Below the pieces are notes generated by a model. That model saw only the letters and a program-made list of their open reading frames with translations. It was not told where the DNA came from and searched no databases. A DNA stretch of 64,000 nucleotides from Candidatus Liberimonas magnetica. GTDB taxonomy: Bacteria; Elusimicrobiota; Endomicrobiia; Endomicrobiales; JAFGIL01. Positions within the stretch are counted from its first letter, which is position 1; every line of letters starts with the position of its first letter. Location: the NCBI GenBank assembly GCA_020523885.1, contig JAJAPY010000008.1, positions 20,872 through 84,871 of the forward strand, in the 5' to 3' direction. Below, piece after piece: positions 19,533 through 29,580 of this stretch. Position numbers and translations under genes: made by a program.

Positions 19533-20564
19533 ATGCATGTAGCGATGTATTATAACAATAAGGACGTACGGCTTGAAGAAATGCCGACCCCTAAAATAAA
19601 AGAGGGGGAGATCTTAGTTAAGGTCCAGGCAAGCGGCATTTGCGGCAGCGATGTGATGGAATGGTACAGGATAAAGAAAGCGCCTCTTGTCTTAGGCCAT
19701 GAAATTTCCGGTGAAATAGCTGAGGTTGCCCCGGGCGTAAAAGGATATAAGGTAGGTGAAAGGGTTTTTGTTTCGCATCATGTCCCGTGCAACGAGTGTA
19801 AATACTGCCTGAACGATCACCATACCGCCTGCCAGACCCTGCATACGACAAATTACGACCCGGGCGGTTTCTCGGAATATATAAGAGTCCCAAAAGTCAA
19901 TATGAAGTGCGGTGTTTTTAAACTGCCTGATTCGGTTTCCTACGAAGAAGGTACGTTCATCGAGCCTTTGGCCTGTGTAATACGGGCACAAGAAAAGGCA
20001 GGTTTTAAAAAAGGACAGAATATAGTTATTCTTGGTGGAGGTATATCCGGTATTCTTCATTTAATGTTAGCCCGTGCAAACGGGGCAAATAAAATAGTAG
20101 TAACGGATGTCAATAAGTACAGGCTGAAAATGGCAAAGGAGTTAGAAGCGGATACTGTTTTAAATGCAGCAGAAGATGTGCCTTCCTTGATAAAACAAGT
20201 TTTCGGCGGAAATCTTGCCGACCAGGTGATAGTCTGCGCAGGTGTGTTGACAGCTTTTGAACAGTCGTTAAAATGTGTTGACAGAGGAGGCGTAGTCCTG
20301 TGTTTCGCCACTACGCAGCCGGGTATAAACCTGGCCCTCCCATTAAATGATTTTTGGAGAAATGAGATAACAATAATGCCTTCTTACGGGGCAGCCCCTC
20401 AAGACATAGAAGCGGCTATCGGGCTATTAAAAGCTAAGAAAATTGACGTAAATAAAATGGTGACTCAGAGGCTTGAGTTAAAAGACACCGGCCTGGGTTT
20501 CAAACTCGTAGCTGAAGGCAAAGAGTCTTTAAAGGTCATCATTGAGCCACAAAAGAAAAGTTGA
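19533..20564 (+). CDS. Zn-dependent medium-chain alcohol/polyol dehydrogenase (sorbitol/threonine DH-like)
   Basis: GICGSDV, GHEISGE and structural-zinc CNECKYC motifs. GGGISG Rossmann motif. Confidence 0.8.
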   Translation: MHVAMYYNNKDVRLEEMPTPKIKEGEILVKVQASGICGSDVMEWYRIKKAPLVLGHEISGEIAEVAPGVKGYKVGERVFVSHHVPCNECKYCLNDHHTACQTLHTTNYDPGGFSEYIRVPKVNMKCGVFKLPDSVSYEEGTFIEPLACVIRAQEKAGFKKGQNIVILGGGISGILHLMLARANGANKIVVTDVNKYRLKMAKELEADTVLNAAEDVPSLIKQVFGGNLADQVIVCAGVLTAFEQSLKCVDRGGVVLCFATTQPGINLALPLNDFWRNEITIMPSYGAAPQDIEAAIGLLKAKKIDVNKMVTQRLELKDTGLGFKLVAEGKESLKVIIEPQKKS

Positions 20565-20574
20565 TACAGAGACT

Positions 20575-21588
20575 TCACGTGCGGGTGTTCATCTTAAGCC
20601 TGTTCAGTTCCTGAAGCATCCAGTTATAAATAACTTCAGATTTTAGTTTATTTGCATCATCGCTAAAGTGTATCTTATCATCTTTGTGTAATCTAAACCT
20701 TGTTATATCTTTTCCGAATTTATTAAAATAGCCCGTCAAGTCCAAATACCTTATCCCTGCCTGTTCCAGGCTATCGATTGTTGCCTTGTACTCTCTTTTC
20801 TCCGTATCATTATATTCATTCAAAGGTTTTAGATAAGGGAAAACAATGCCTAAGACCCTGTCCCCGCTAAAGTCTTTGACCTGATTTAGCCTGCTTACGG
20901 AATCGAAATCCTTTGAATTTTTGGTGTTTTCAATTATTTTATTGCTTATATAATTTTTTACATAGAATCTATACAGGTATGAATTTTGAAAGAGAAACGG
21001 GTCAATACTGAGAGTTAACAGAGACAATGCCTTGCCATCATTTACTTTTATGGCATAGGCTGTCCTCTCTTCCCATAAATCGTCTACTTTAGTTAAAAAT
21101 GCGATATTAGAACCTTCCATATCATTAAGACAAAACCCTATAAGTGTCAGGTCCGGTTCAAATTGCCGGGCTTTATACTTCATATACGCAAAGTAATTGT
21201 ACAACCCCCATCCTCTGACCGCACAATTCAATATTTCATATTTTCCATTTCTGTTTAATTTGTCTTCAACGTATTGGCTCCATTTGCCGAGCTCTGTTAT
21301 GGAATCTCCCAACAAAAGTATCCTGAAAGCATTTTTGGGTTTTGTCAGGGCATATTCTTTATCTTTCATGCCGAATGAATTTATTTCCTTGTTCGCATTG
21401 GGGATAAATTCATATCCGAGGGTTTTTGAATTCCTTAATACGTTATAATCAGGCTCTTTGTTTGTGAAATTGATGGTCATGGCATCAAAGCTGTATTCTT
21501 TGTTAAAATGTAACAGGATTTCTGCTAAAAAAAGAGAGGTTAAAACCGCAAGAAGTAAGGATATGGTTATAAAAAATATTCTTTTCAT
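20575..21588 (-). CDS. Membrane-anchored SGNH/GDSL hydrolase
   Basis: N-terminal TM (MKRIFFITISLLLAVL) and block I FRILLLGDSITE. Start trimmed to 21588 to clear the tatD stop. Confidence 0.7.
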   Translation of the reverse strand: MKRIFFITISLLLAVLTSLFLAEILLHFNKEYSFDAMTINFTNKEPDYNVLRNSKTLGYEFIPNANKEINSFGMKDKEYALTKPKNAFRILLLGDSITELGKWSQYVEDKLNRNGKYEILNCAVRGWGLYNYFAYMKYKARQFEPDLTLIGFCLNDMEGSNIAFLTKVDDLWEERTAYAIKVNDGKALSLLTLSIDPFLFQNSYLYRFYVKNYISNKIIENTKNSKDFDSVSRLNQVKDFSGDRVLGIVFPYLKPLNEYNDTEKREYKATIDSLEQAGIRYLDLTGYFNKFGKDITRFRLHKDDKIHFSDDANKLKSEVIYNWMLQELNRLKMNTRT

Positions 21589-21619
21589 TGTAAAATCAGT
21601 GAGATGGTTTAGACTTAGC

Positions 21620-22378
21620 TCATAATGCAAAAAGTCCCAGAGCATTTTGTGTAGTAATAGTGGAAACTTCATCAATAGAGACAGACTTTATATTTGCTGT
21701 TTCTTCTGCAATTTGTGCTAAGTACGACGGCTCGTTCCTTTTACCCCTGAATTCCTGCGGAGGAAGGTACGGGCTGTCCGTTTCAAGGACCAGCTTATCA
21801 AGCGGGATTTCTTTTACAACGTTTCTTAGGACAGCGGCTTTCGGATAAGTAATAGGCCCGTCTATCCCAAGTAAAAAACCCATTTCTATAAGCCGCAGCG
21901 CTTCATTGACATTGCCGGAAAAACAATGTATGACGCCTTTTATGCTTGGGTATGGCCCGAGAATTTCGATAAGGTCTTTATAGGCGTCCCTGCAGTGGAT
22001 TATGACCGGTTTACCGGTTTTTACGGCAAGCTCGATATGAAGTTTAAGGACTTTCTGCTGGACTTCTTTTGGTGAATGGTTATAGTAATAGTCAAGACCG
22101 GTCTCGCCTACTGCAACTGCTTTCGGGTATTTTAAAAGATCTTCAAGAGTTTTTAAAAGCTCCGGGGAAGCTAGTTTTGCTTCATGAGGGTGTATGCCAA
22201 AAGCGCAAAAAATACCCGGGTTCAGCTTGGCTAAGCGGAATGAGTCCTTCCATATATAGGGCTCGCAGCCGACCTCGACAATTTTGTTTATGCCGTTTTC
22301 AGAGGCTCTTTTGATGACAAGGTCCCTGTCTATAGAGAACTTCGGATCGGAAAGGTGTGCATGGGTATCAATTAACAT
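21620..22378 (-). CDS. tatD: TatD family metal-dependent hydrolase
   Basis: MLIDTHAHL start and ETDSPYL motif. Confidence 0.9.
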   Translation of the reverse strand: MLIDTHAHLSDPKFSIDRDLVIKRASENGINKIVEVGCEPYIWKDSFRLAKLNPGIFCAFGIHPHEAKLASPELLKTLEDLLKYPKAVAVGETGLDYYYNHSPKEVQQKVLKLHIELAVKTGKPVIIHCRDAYKDLIEILGPYPSIKGVIHCFSGNVNEALRLIEMGFLLGIDGPITYPKAAVLRNVVKEIPLDKLVLETDSPYLPPQEFRGKRNEPSYLAQIAEETANIKSVSIDEVSTITTQNALGLFAL

Positions 22379-22433
22379 ACTGCAGACTACAGACCACAGA
22401 CTAGAGACTAAAGAAGAGTCTTCCGTCTATAAA

Positions 22434-23969
22434 TCAGCCTTTTAATAATTTATCTTTTCTTGGAAAAAGGTTCCCGGCTTTTTTTGTGGCATTTCCGGGC
22501 TTGGGGCCGGAGATCCGGATGCCATTAAAAAATTCTTTAGCAGAGTTTTCAATGTTTTCGTTTTCTCCTATCTGTTCCCATATATTAATGCTTATTTGGG
22601 GCATGAACGGATACAGAGCCACTGCCGCAGTTTTTATGCTTTCAACGAGGTACCATAATACACCAGGCAGCTGGGGATCATTTTTTTTAGCCATTTCCCA
22701 TGGTGCATTATTTTGAATAAATTGGTTGGCAGAAGTTATGTGTTTTTGTATGACTTCTATTGCATAATGGAATTGAAGGTTCTCTAAATATTCGTTAAAC
22801 TCTGCAATATTTATTATTTCTTCCATTCCGCCTGAAGGCGTGTATTTAGGGATTATTCCATTACAATATTTTTCGACCATCGTAAGGGTTCTTGAAACGA
22901 GGTTGCCCAGGTTGTTGGCGAGGTCCGTGTTATATCTTTCTGTCAGCGCCTGCCAGGAAATATCGCCGTCACTACCGAACGGGAACAGTGAAACAAGAAG
23001 GTACCTGGTTGCATCAACGCCGAATTTTTCGATCAACTCTCCTGGTTTTATGACATTGCCCAGGGTTTTAGACATTTTCTCGTTATTTATCGTAAAAAAA
23101 CCGTGGGCGAACAATTTTTTAGGAAGCGGAAGTTCAAGCGCAAGTATCATGGCGGGCCAGATCACGCTGTGGAACCATAGTATGTCTTTTGCCATTAATT
23201 GGACGTTTGCCGGCCAGTATTTTTTGAATTTTTCCTCGTCCGTGCCGAAGCCTATCCCTGAAAGGTAATTTAGCAGGGCGTCTACCCATACGTAAACGGT
23301 CTGTTCTTTGTCAAAAGGAAGCGGGATACCCCATTCAAGAGCAGCCCGGGAAATGCTTATGTCTTCAAGGCCGAGTTTTAATTTTCCTATCGTTTCGTTC
23401 CTTCTTGTTAAGGGAAATACCGCGATATGTTTTGGGTGGTTCTCGTTCGAGAGCATTTCAAGGAGTTCATCCCTGAATTTTGACAGGCAGAAGAAGTAAT
23501 TCTCTTCAGAATGTTCTACGGGTTTCTGCCTGTGGTCTGGGCAGCAGAGGTTTTCGTCTAAATCTGTTTTTGACAGGAATTTTTCGCACGGCACGCAATA
23601 AAGTCCTTCATATTTTTTTTTATAAACCATTTTTTTATCGAATAAGTGTTTTAAAAATATCCCAACCGTCTTTTCATGGTTCAAGTCCGTGGTGCGTATA
23701 AACGAATCGTTGGTAATGTTCAAGCTCTTCCAGGCATTCTTAAACTCACCCGATACCTGATCGCATAATTCTTTTGGTGTCCGGTTTGAGTTTTTTGCCG
23801 CCTGCGCTATCTTTGCGCCGTGCTCGTCTGTCCCTGTAAGGAAATAAACATCGTCGCCTATTAACCTATGCCATCGTGCAAGGATGTCCGCAGCTACGGT
23901 AGTATAGGCATGCCCTAGATGAGGCAGGTCGTTTACATAATAGATGGGTGTAGTGATATAGTATTTCAT
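22434..23969 (-). CDS. metG: Methionine--tRNA ligase (short form)
   Basis: HLGHAY (HIGH) and KMSKT (KMSKS) motifs, plus a CxxC...CxxH zinc knuckle. Confidence 0.95.
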   Translation of the reverse strand: MKYYITTPIYYVNDLPHLGHAYTTVAADILARWHRLIGDDVYFLTGTDEHGAKIAQAAKNSNRTPKELCDQVSGEFKNAWKSLNITNDSFIRTTDLNHEKTVGIFLKHLFDKKMVYKKKYEGLYCVPCEKFLSKTDLDENLCCPDHRQKPVEHSEENYFFCLSKFRDELLEMLSNENHPKHIAVFPLTRRNETIGKLKLGLEDISISRAALEWGIPLPFDKEQTVYVWVDALLNYLSGIGFGTDEEKFKKYWPANVQLMAKDILWFHSVIWPAMILALELPLPKKLFAHGFFTINNEKMSKTLGNVIKPGELIEKFGVDATRYLLVSLFPFGSDGDISWQALTERYNTDLANNLGNLVSRTLTMVEKYCNGIIPKYTPSGGMEEIINIAEFNEYLENLQFHYAIEVIQKHITSANQFIQNNAPWEMAKKNDPQLPGVLWYLVESIKTAAVALYPFMPQISINIWEQIGENENIENSAKEFFNGIRISGPKPGNATKKAGNLFPRKDKLLKG

Positions 23970-24111
23970 AGTTACAAATTCAATGTAAAATTATCATTGC
24001 AAAATTAGCATTTCAAAATTAAAATCAAAAGCTTTATAACTTTTGCATTGCTAATTGTTAATTTTGCATTTTGCAATTAAATCATGTCGCCTTTGGCGAC
24101 ATGATTTGTAG
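23970..24111. repeat. AT-rich long inverted repeat plus terminal hairpin, related in style to the 7800/28572/29414 elements
   Basis: AATGTAAAATTATCATTGCAAAATTAGCATTTC ... GCATTGCTAATTGTTAATTTTGCATTTTGCAATT, then ATCATGTCGCC-TTTG-GCGACATGAT. Confidence 0.6.
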
Positions 24112-24924
24112 TTACAACCCAAGCTTGTCAAGTATCGTGTGGGAAATCTTTGAAAGCGGGTATGTTTTTGTTTGCTTGTCTTTTAATTCAACGGTAACTT
24201 CTTCTTTAAGTCCCATAACCGACACTACGGTACCGGGGCCGTCGGGAGTGCGGACCTTGCTTCCGACTTCAGGGACTTTCTTTTTTATTTCCGTGTAGTT
24301 CTGCTGTTCATAAGCAAGGCAGCACATGAGCCTGCCGCAAAGGCCGGAAAGTTTTGTGGTGTTCAAAGCCAGATCCTGTTCTTTGGCCATGTCGATTGTA
24401 ACAGAAGAAAAATCTTTTAGGAACCCTTTGCAGCACAGTTCCCTGCCGCAATGGCCGAGGCCTCCTATCATTTTCGCCTCGTCTCTAACACCTATCTGTA
24501 CCATTTGTATCCGCGTCTTAAGGATATGCCCCAGGTCTTTTATTAATTCCCTGAAATCGACCCTTGTTTCAGCAGTGTAATAAATGAAAAGCTTTGACCT
24601 GTCGAAAGTATACTGCACGGTCGTCAGCTTCATGTCAAGCTCATGGTCTTCGACTTTCTGAAGCACCATTTTCTGAGCCTGCAGGTTCTTTTTTTCATTT
24701 TCTATCAAACGGTTCCTGTCTTCAGGCGTAAACTTCCTGATAATCTTTACTATGGGGTCTTTCGGTTTTTCGATCAACTTTTCTTTTTCAAATATCGTAC
24801 CGGTCTCTTGCCCGTGTTCTGTCTCAACTATCACGCAATCTCCGATATTCAAATCAAGATGGCCCGGGTCTCCCAGGACCTTGTCTTTAATCCTTCGCAT
24901 TATCAAGCCTGTGACTACTGGCAT
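24112..24924 (-). CDS. PSP1 domain protein (RicT/YaaT-like)
   Basis: PSP1 C-terminal pattern CGRELCC...CGRLMCCL. Conserved position next to holB-tmk. Confidence 0.8.
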   Translation of the reverse strand: MPVVTGLIMRRIKDKVLGDPGHLDLNIGDCVIVETEHGQETGTIFEKEKLIEKPKDPIVKIIRKFTPEDRNRLIENEKKNLQAQKMVLQKVEDHELDMKLTTVQYTFDRSKLFIYYTAETRVDFRELIKDLGHILKTRIQMVQIGVRDEAKMIGGLGHCGRELCCKGFLKDFSSVTIDMAKEQDLALNTTKLSGLCGRLMCCLAYEQQNYTEIKKKVPEVGSKVRTPDGPGTVVSVMGLKEEVTVELKDKQTKTYPLSKISHTILDKLGL

Positions 24925-24943
24925 AATTTGCTCCTGTCTACAT

Positions 24944-25891
24944 TTATTTCATATTGTTTTTTAATTTCAAAAAAGCCAAATCCAGCGCCATTTGTCCGTT
25001 CACATTAGCCTCTAAGAGGTTCAGGGAATTCAGCACAGTTTCCACGCAGGACCTGAAATAGGAAGGGTCCTGCCTGAAATCCTGTTTTACAAGCATAAGC
25101 AGCTGTGACAAGAACTCAAAAGGAGTTTTTGAGTATTTCTGGCTAAAAGACATGGCTTCAATGGTTGAAAAAGATTTATTTTTTATCTTTTGCCAGACCA
25201 GGCTGGTTTCTTCGAGGTCTTCTTCCATATGAAATACCGCATCCGCAATAGACCCTTCGCAGATTCGGGCTAAATTACCGGCTTTTTCTATAGAAAGAGA
25301 ATAATTTTTTATGAGGAACCCGGAAATTTCCTTTTCGGATAACGGATTGAATATGACTATCTGTGTCCTTGATACTACAGTAGCCGGAAGGTTGTCTTTA
25401 TGCAGGGCAAGAAGTATTATAATAGTCCACTGCGGAGGCTCCTCCAGGGTTTTTAGAAGGCAGTTGGCAGCATCCGTCGTTATCTTTTCAGCGGGTTCCA
25501 GGATAAATATTTTCCACTTGCTTTCAGAAGGCTTTAAGGATACTTCCTTCTGCACGGCTCTTATGGTGTCTATCTTAAGGGCTTTTTGTTTTTCGATGTC
25601 TTCGTCTTCAAGCCTTGCCTGCCAGTTGAAGTCTATGATCTGAACGTCAGGGTGCAAGGAATTATTTATTTTATTGCACGGTATACAAGTATTGCAGGCC
25701 TCGATTTTGCCTTGGCTGTAACCCTTGCAGTTAAGGATCTTTGCAAGTTCCAGGGCAAACTTCTTGCGTCCCACGCCGTCGGGCCCCAAAAACAGATAAG
25801 CATGCGGTATCCTTTTTGATCCCAGCTGTCCTAGGACTATTTGTTTTGCCTTGTCTTGGTTTATTATATTATTAAAGCTCATTATTGCCAC
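24944..25891 (-). CDS. holB: DNA polymerase III subunit delta'
   Basis: HAYLFLGPDGVGRK clamp-loader pattern with a CxxCxxC zinc module. Confidence 0.85.
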   Translation of the reverse strand: MAIMSFNNIINQDKAKQIVLGQLGSKRIPHAYLFLGPDGVGRKKFALELAKILNCKGYSQGKIEACNTCIPCNKINNSLHPDVQIIDFNWQARLEDEDIEKQKALKIDTIRAVQKEVSLKPSESKWKIFILEPAEKITTDAANCLLKTLEEPPQWTIIILLALHKDNLPATVVSRTQIVIFNPLSEKEISGFLIKNYSLSIEKAGNLARICEGSIADAVFHMEEDLEETSLVWQKIKNKSFSTIEAMSFSQKYSKTPFEFLSQLLMLVKQDFRQDPSYFRSCVETVLNSLNLLEANVNGQMALDLAFLKLKNNMK

Positions 25892-25996
25892 CAGGGTCGT
25901 ATCAAAACCCTAAATACTAAATCCCCGCCTCGCCGGCGAGGCGGGCGAAACCCTAAAAAATTTCAAAAGCACAAAATTAAAAACTCAAAAACTTTT

Positions 25997-26677
25997 TTAG
26001 ATTGCACACTTATCTTTAGTTTTAGATTTTAGCAATCTATTTACTACAGACACTATTTTTTTATGAGTTTCATTTATTTCTTCTGCCACGTTAATAACTT
26101 TTATCCTTTCAGGGTCGCTTTTTGCAAGCGTTAAAAATCCATCGCGTACTTTGTTATGAAAACAAATGTCCTCTCTTTCGATCCTGTCGCCGTTTTCATA
26201 AGATTCTTTCCTTAAACCGCGAGCTTTTTGAAGCGCGTTTTTTATGGGGAAATCAAGGTATATTGTTAAATCAGGGATTATCCCGTGAGCAGCGATAGTG
26301 TTCAGGGTTTTTATCATCTTCAGGTCAAGGCCGCGCGCATAACCCTGATAAGCCAGGGTTGAATCAGTGAACCTGTCGCATATTACAATTATATTATTTT
26401 CCAGGTTCGGGATCACGCAATATTTTACGTTCTGCGCCCTGTTTGCTTCATACAAGAGCAGTTCAGCCAGCGGATCAACTGAATATTCCGGGTTTAAAAG
26501 GATCTTTCTTATATTATCCGAAATATTGCTTCCGCCCGGTTCACGTATTGAAATTACGCCGTTATAACCGAAATTCTTTTTATCTTTTATATATTTTACC
26601 AATAGCTCAAGCTGTGTGCTTTTCCCGCTTCCATCGCCGCCTTCAAAGGTTATAAACAGCCCTTTTTTTATGTGCAT
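25997..26677 (-). CDS. tmk: Thymidylate kinase
   Basis: FITFEGGDGSGKSTQ P-loop. Confidence 0.9.
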   Translation of the reverse strand: MHIKKGLFITFEGGDGSGKSTQLELLVKYIKDKKNFGYNGVISIREPGGSNISDNIRKILLNPEYSVDPLAELLLYEANRAQNVKYCVIPNLENNIIVICDRFTDSTLAYQGYARGLDLKMIKTLNTIAAHGIIPDLTIYLDFPIKNALQKARGLRKESYENGDRIEREDICFHNKVRDGFLTLAKSDPERIKVINVAEEINETHKKIVSVVNRLLKSKTKDKCAI

Positions 26678-26925
26678 GGAGTTAATCTTAACAAAATAAT
26701 ATTATAGTGTCAAAGTTTCCTCGGATGGAGCTTCACTTGAATGATAATGCAGATTTTGTTATAATTTTACAAGTTCCTTCGGAAACTTATCGATCATTCA
26801 ATTTCACTCACGATGTTGAGTCCTTCGGCAGGGATATTCGGCTAAGCTCAAGCGAAGCCCTCAGGACAATAAGTGCAGTCGAATTGCAATGTCGAACCAT
26901 AGAGTATTCCTATAGTATAAATTAA

Positions 26926-28572
26926 ATGAATAAAAAACCTAATTTCTATCTTTTATTCCTTGTTATGTGCTGTCTTGTAAAAGCAAGCGCTTTTGAAGGC
27001 CAAAAAGCCGGGAAAAAAGCGGTTTTTTTTGCTGATTGGGGCAATGACCCTGTTCCTCAGGAAATTGTCAACGTTTTATATGAACACCCGGTCTTAAAAC
27101 TCGCGGCCTCTTTGCCAAAGAATACACAAAACACCGAATCATTAAAACCTTTGATCGATAACGGACAGCTTGAAGTGGCCCTAACATTGCCTGATGAGCC
27201 CATACTTCCTTTGATCTACGAAACGGTCATATCCACAACTGCAATTGTTAAATTCGCATGGCAGCAGGACGTCTGGGATATAATAGCCAATGCAGGACAG
27301 AAATTTTATCAGGACTATTCCCTGCCTGCACACGGTTTATATATGCGCTCGGGTATTTTTTCAGATGTGCTGATACAGAAGTTACATTATATGGGATTAC
27401 GCTGGGTAAATATGAACAAACCTGACGGTTTTGAGGACAGTGTATGTTTTAAAGATGATTTTGTGATTTTTATAAATAAAAAAGATAAATATAAAAATGC
27501 AAATGAATGCATAAAACTGATATACTTAAGTTCAGGGCCCGTAACCTGTGTTTTCTTTGATAAAGATACCCCTCTAACGCTTAAGTTCTTACTGGATTTT
27601 GCCAAGGAAATAGAAAAGGAAAAAGACGTAACTGAAGACAATATCGTCATGTCAACCCCGTGGCAGTTGTACTCTGACATGAAAGATATAGCAGCCAAAG
27701 CTAAAGCCCCCGCTATAAGTTCAGATCTAAAGCCATGGCTTCAAAAGCCCATTATGTGGTATTATCTAAACGAAGCAAGGAAGGTTGTAGAAGACTACAG
27801 GAATTCCGGCCAGGCCACAATGGACATGCTTGAGAAAATGAAAGGCGAAATATATCAATTATACAGGTATGAATTGATCGATGCGATACAGAAAAACCCA
27901 AAACCTGGAAACGAAGAATTGTTCCGGGCAGGCATTGCAAATGTTTACGGGCTGGCTAAGCTTCCTTTGCCGGCTTGGATAAATAATTCTCTCGATTACT
28001 GGTCTGCGGCAGCTGAAAAGTCATCCTACTCAATAGGCCTGCAAGAAGAGACATTAGAAATAAAAAATTCAGATTCCTCAAACGCAGGGATACATATAAA
28101 AAACTTCAAAGTTACGATGGGAAACGAAAACGTAATCTATTCTATCGGCTTGGACAGCGCTCCGGCTAATGCCTCTAACAGGATAGAGATATACATAGAT
28201 TTAAATAATAAATACAGAGTAGGTTCAACAGATATGTTAAATGAAACCAATGCATTCCTGGACCCTGACGATGCCTGGGAACTTGCCTTAAGAGTGGAAA
28301 ATGGAGTTGCCTGTCTATTCCGTTCAGGCAGGGATAAGCCGAAATTAATAAGAAAACTAAATGCTGAAGATTTAAACCATATAAGCATATCAAGAAACAT
28401 CCTGAGAGGCAACCCCTTAAAATGGGGGTATCAGGCAATAATTTTAATGAAAAATCAGGGGTCAGAGACATGGGTAATTTCAGATTTTCTATCGCCTGAT
28501 AAAAATACAAAACATAAGTTAATGAAGAAACCCGTGATTAATTTACCGGCATTAAGGTATATAGAAAAGTAA
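26926..28572 (+). CDS. Secreted protein of unknown function
   Basis: Signal peptide, 548 aa, no family confidently recognised. Confidence 0.6.
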   Translation: MNKKPNFYLLFLVMCCLVKASAFEGQKAGKKAVFFADWGNDPVPQEIVNVLYEHPVLKLAASLPKNTQNTESLKPLIDNGQLEVALTLPDEPILPLIYETVISTTAIVKFAWQQDVWDIIANAGQKFYQDYSLPAHGLYMRSGIFSDVLIQKLHYMGLRWVNMNKPDGFEDSVCFKDDFVIFINKKDKYKNANECIKLIYLSSGPVTCVFFDKDTPLTLKFLLDFAKEIEKEKDVTEDNIVMSTPWQLYSDMKDIAAKAKAPAISSDLKPWLQKPIMWYYLNEARKVVEDYRNSGQATMDMLEKMKGEIYQLYRYELIDAIQKNPKPGNEELFRAGIANVYGLAKLPLPAWINNSLDYWSAAAEKSSYSIGLQEETLEIKNSDSSNAGIHIKNFKVTMGNENVIYSIGLDSAPANASNRIEIYIDLNNKYRVGSTDMLNETNAFLDPDDAWELALRVENGVACLFRSGRDKPKLIRKLNAEDLNHISISRNILRGNPLKWGYQAIILMKNQGSETWVISDFLSPDKNTKHKLMKKPVINLPALRYIEK

Positions 28573-28722
28573 AATTCAAAATGCAAAATGAAAGATGTAG
28601 AATTAAGGTGCCTGCTATGGCGGACTTATTGAAATTAATCCCGCCATGGCGGGATACAACAATTTTGCATTTTACAATTTTCATTTTGCATATAAGTTAG
28701 GGCGCTTTGGAGGCCCTAACTT
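28572..28722. repeat. Structured ~150-nt intergenic element, copy 2 of 3
   Basis: Collinear with 7800-7935 and 29414-29563. Ends in the AAGTTAGGG...CCCTAACTT hairpin. Confidence 0.85.
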
Positions 28723-28736
28723 ATATGGGAGCATTT

Positions 28737-29402
28737 ATGTCAAAGGTATTATTTGTTTCAAGTGATGTCAAAATGGTTTCTTCATGGCAGGATGTGCTGC
28801 TTCTTGGAGGTTATAAAGTTGATGCCGCAATAACAGGCGAAGAAGCCGTAAAAAGGGCTTTGTCCGGAGCACCTGATATAATCCTGATAGATGAAAAAGA
28901 CAGTTCAAGAGATATAATAATAAAACATCTAAAGAAAGAAATTAAAACGCGTGCCATCCCGGTGATGGACATAGAATCATTGGATATTACAAGGTCCGAT
29001 ATCGTTTTAAAAAATATCAGCGAAATCCTAAAGAAGAAAAAAGTACTGATAGCCGAAGATGACAGGCAGATGTCCAGTATCTTAAAGGCTGTCCTTGAAA
29101 CTAGAAATTATGATATTAAGGTTACCTACGACGGGGCAGAGACTTTAAAAGAAGTCAAGTCCTGGCAGCCTGAGCTTTTAGTGCTGGACATAATGCTCCC
29201 GATAATTGACGGGTTTCATATTTGCCAAAACATCAACGAGGACCCCGCATACGAGTTAAAGCCAAAAGTCTTGATCATTTCGGGGAGAGAGAGCGACTGG
29301 GATAAGAATTTGGGCGAAGTATGCGGTGCCGAATGTTATCTTGTAAAACCGTTTGATAACTTGTATTTTTTGGAAAAGGTTCAGGAAATCCTGAATAATT
29401 AG
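28737..29402 (+). CDS. Tandem receiver-domain protein (degenerate REC + canonical REC)
   Basis: Second REC: VLIAEDD...LLVLDIMLP...KP. The first REC lacks the acidic DD pocket (SSD). Confidence 0.75.
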   Translation: MSKVLFVSSDVKMVSSWQDVLLLGGYKVDAAITGEEAVKRALSGAPDIILIDEKDSSRDIIIKHLKKEIKTRAIPVMDIESLDITRSDIVLKNISEILKKKKVLIAEDDRQMSSILKAVLETRNYDIKVTYDGAETLKEVKSWQPELLVLDIMLPIIDGFHICQNINEDPAYELKPKVLIISGRESDWDKNLGEVCGAECYLVKPFDNLYFLEKVQEILNN

Positions 29403-29413
29403 CAGTATAGACA

Positions 29414-29563
29414 ATTAAAAATGCAAAATGAAAAATTCAAAATTAAGGTGTCCGCTGCAGCGGACTTATTTAGATCAAACCCGCCGTGGCGGGATACAAT
29501 AATTTTGCATTTTGCGATTTTCATTTTTCATTTAAGTTAGGCTGGCTTTAAATGGCCTAACTT
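29414..29563. repeat. Structured ~150-nt intergenic element, copy 3 of 3
   Basis: AAAAATGCAAAATGAAAAATTCAAAATTAAGGTGTCCGCTGCAGCGGAC...CCCGCCGTGGCGGGAT...TTTTGCATTTTGCGATTTTCATTTTTC...AAGTTAGGC...GCCTAACTT. Confidence 0.85.
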
Positions 29564-29580
29564 GTATAAAGGAAAAAAAG

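Noticed and set aside
26780-26925. c-di-GMP (GEMM-I) riboswitch near GGDEF/REC genes (GCGAAGCCCTCAGG resembles ACGCAAAGCCTCCGG).
   Set aside because: The GGCAAACC/GAAA tetraloop-receptor elements and the P1/P2 layout are absent. The similarity is limited to a single ~14-nt stretch.
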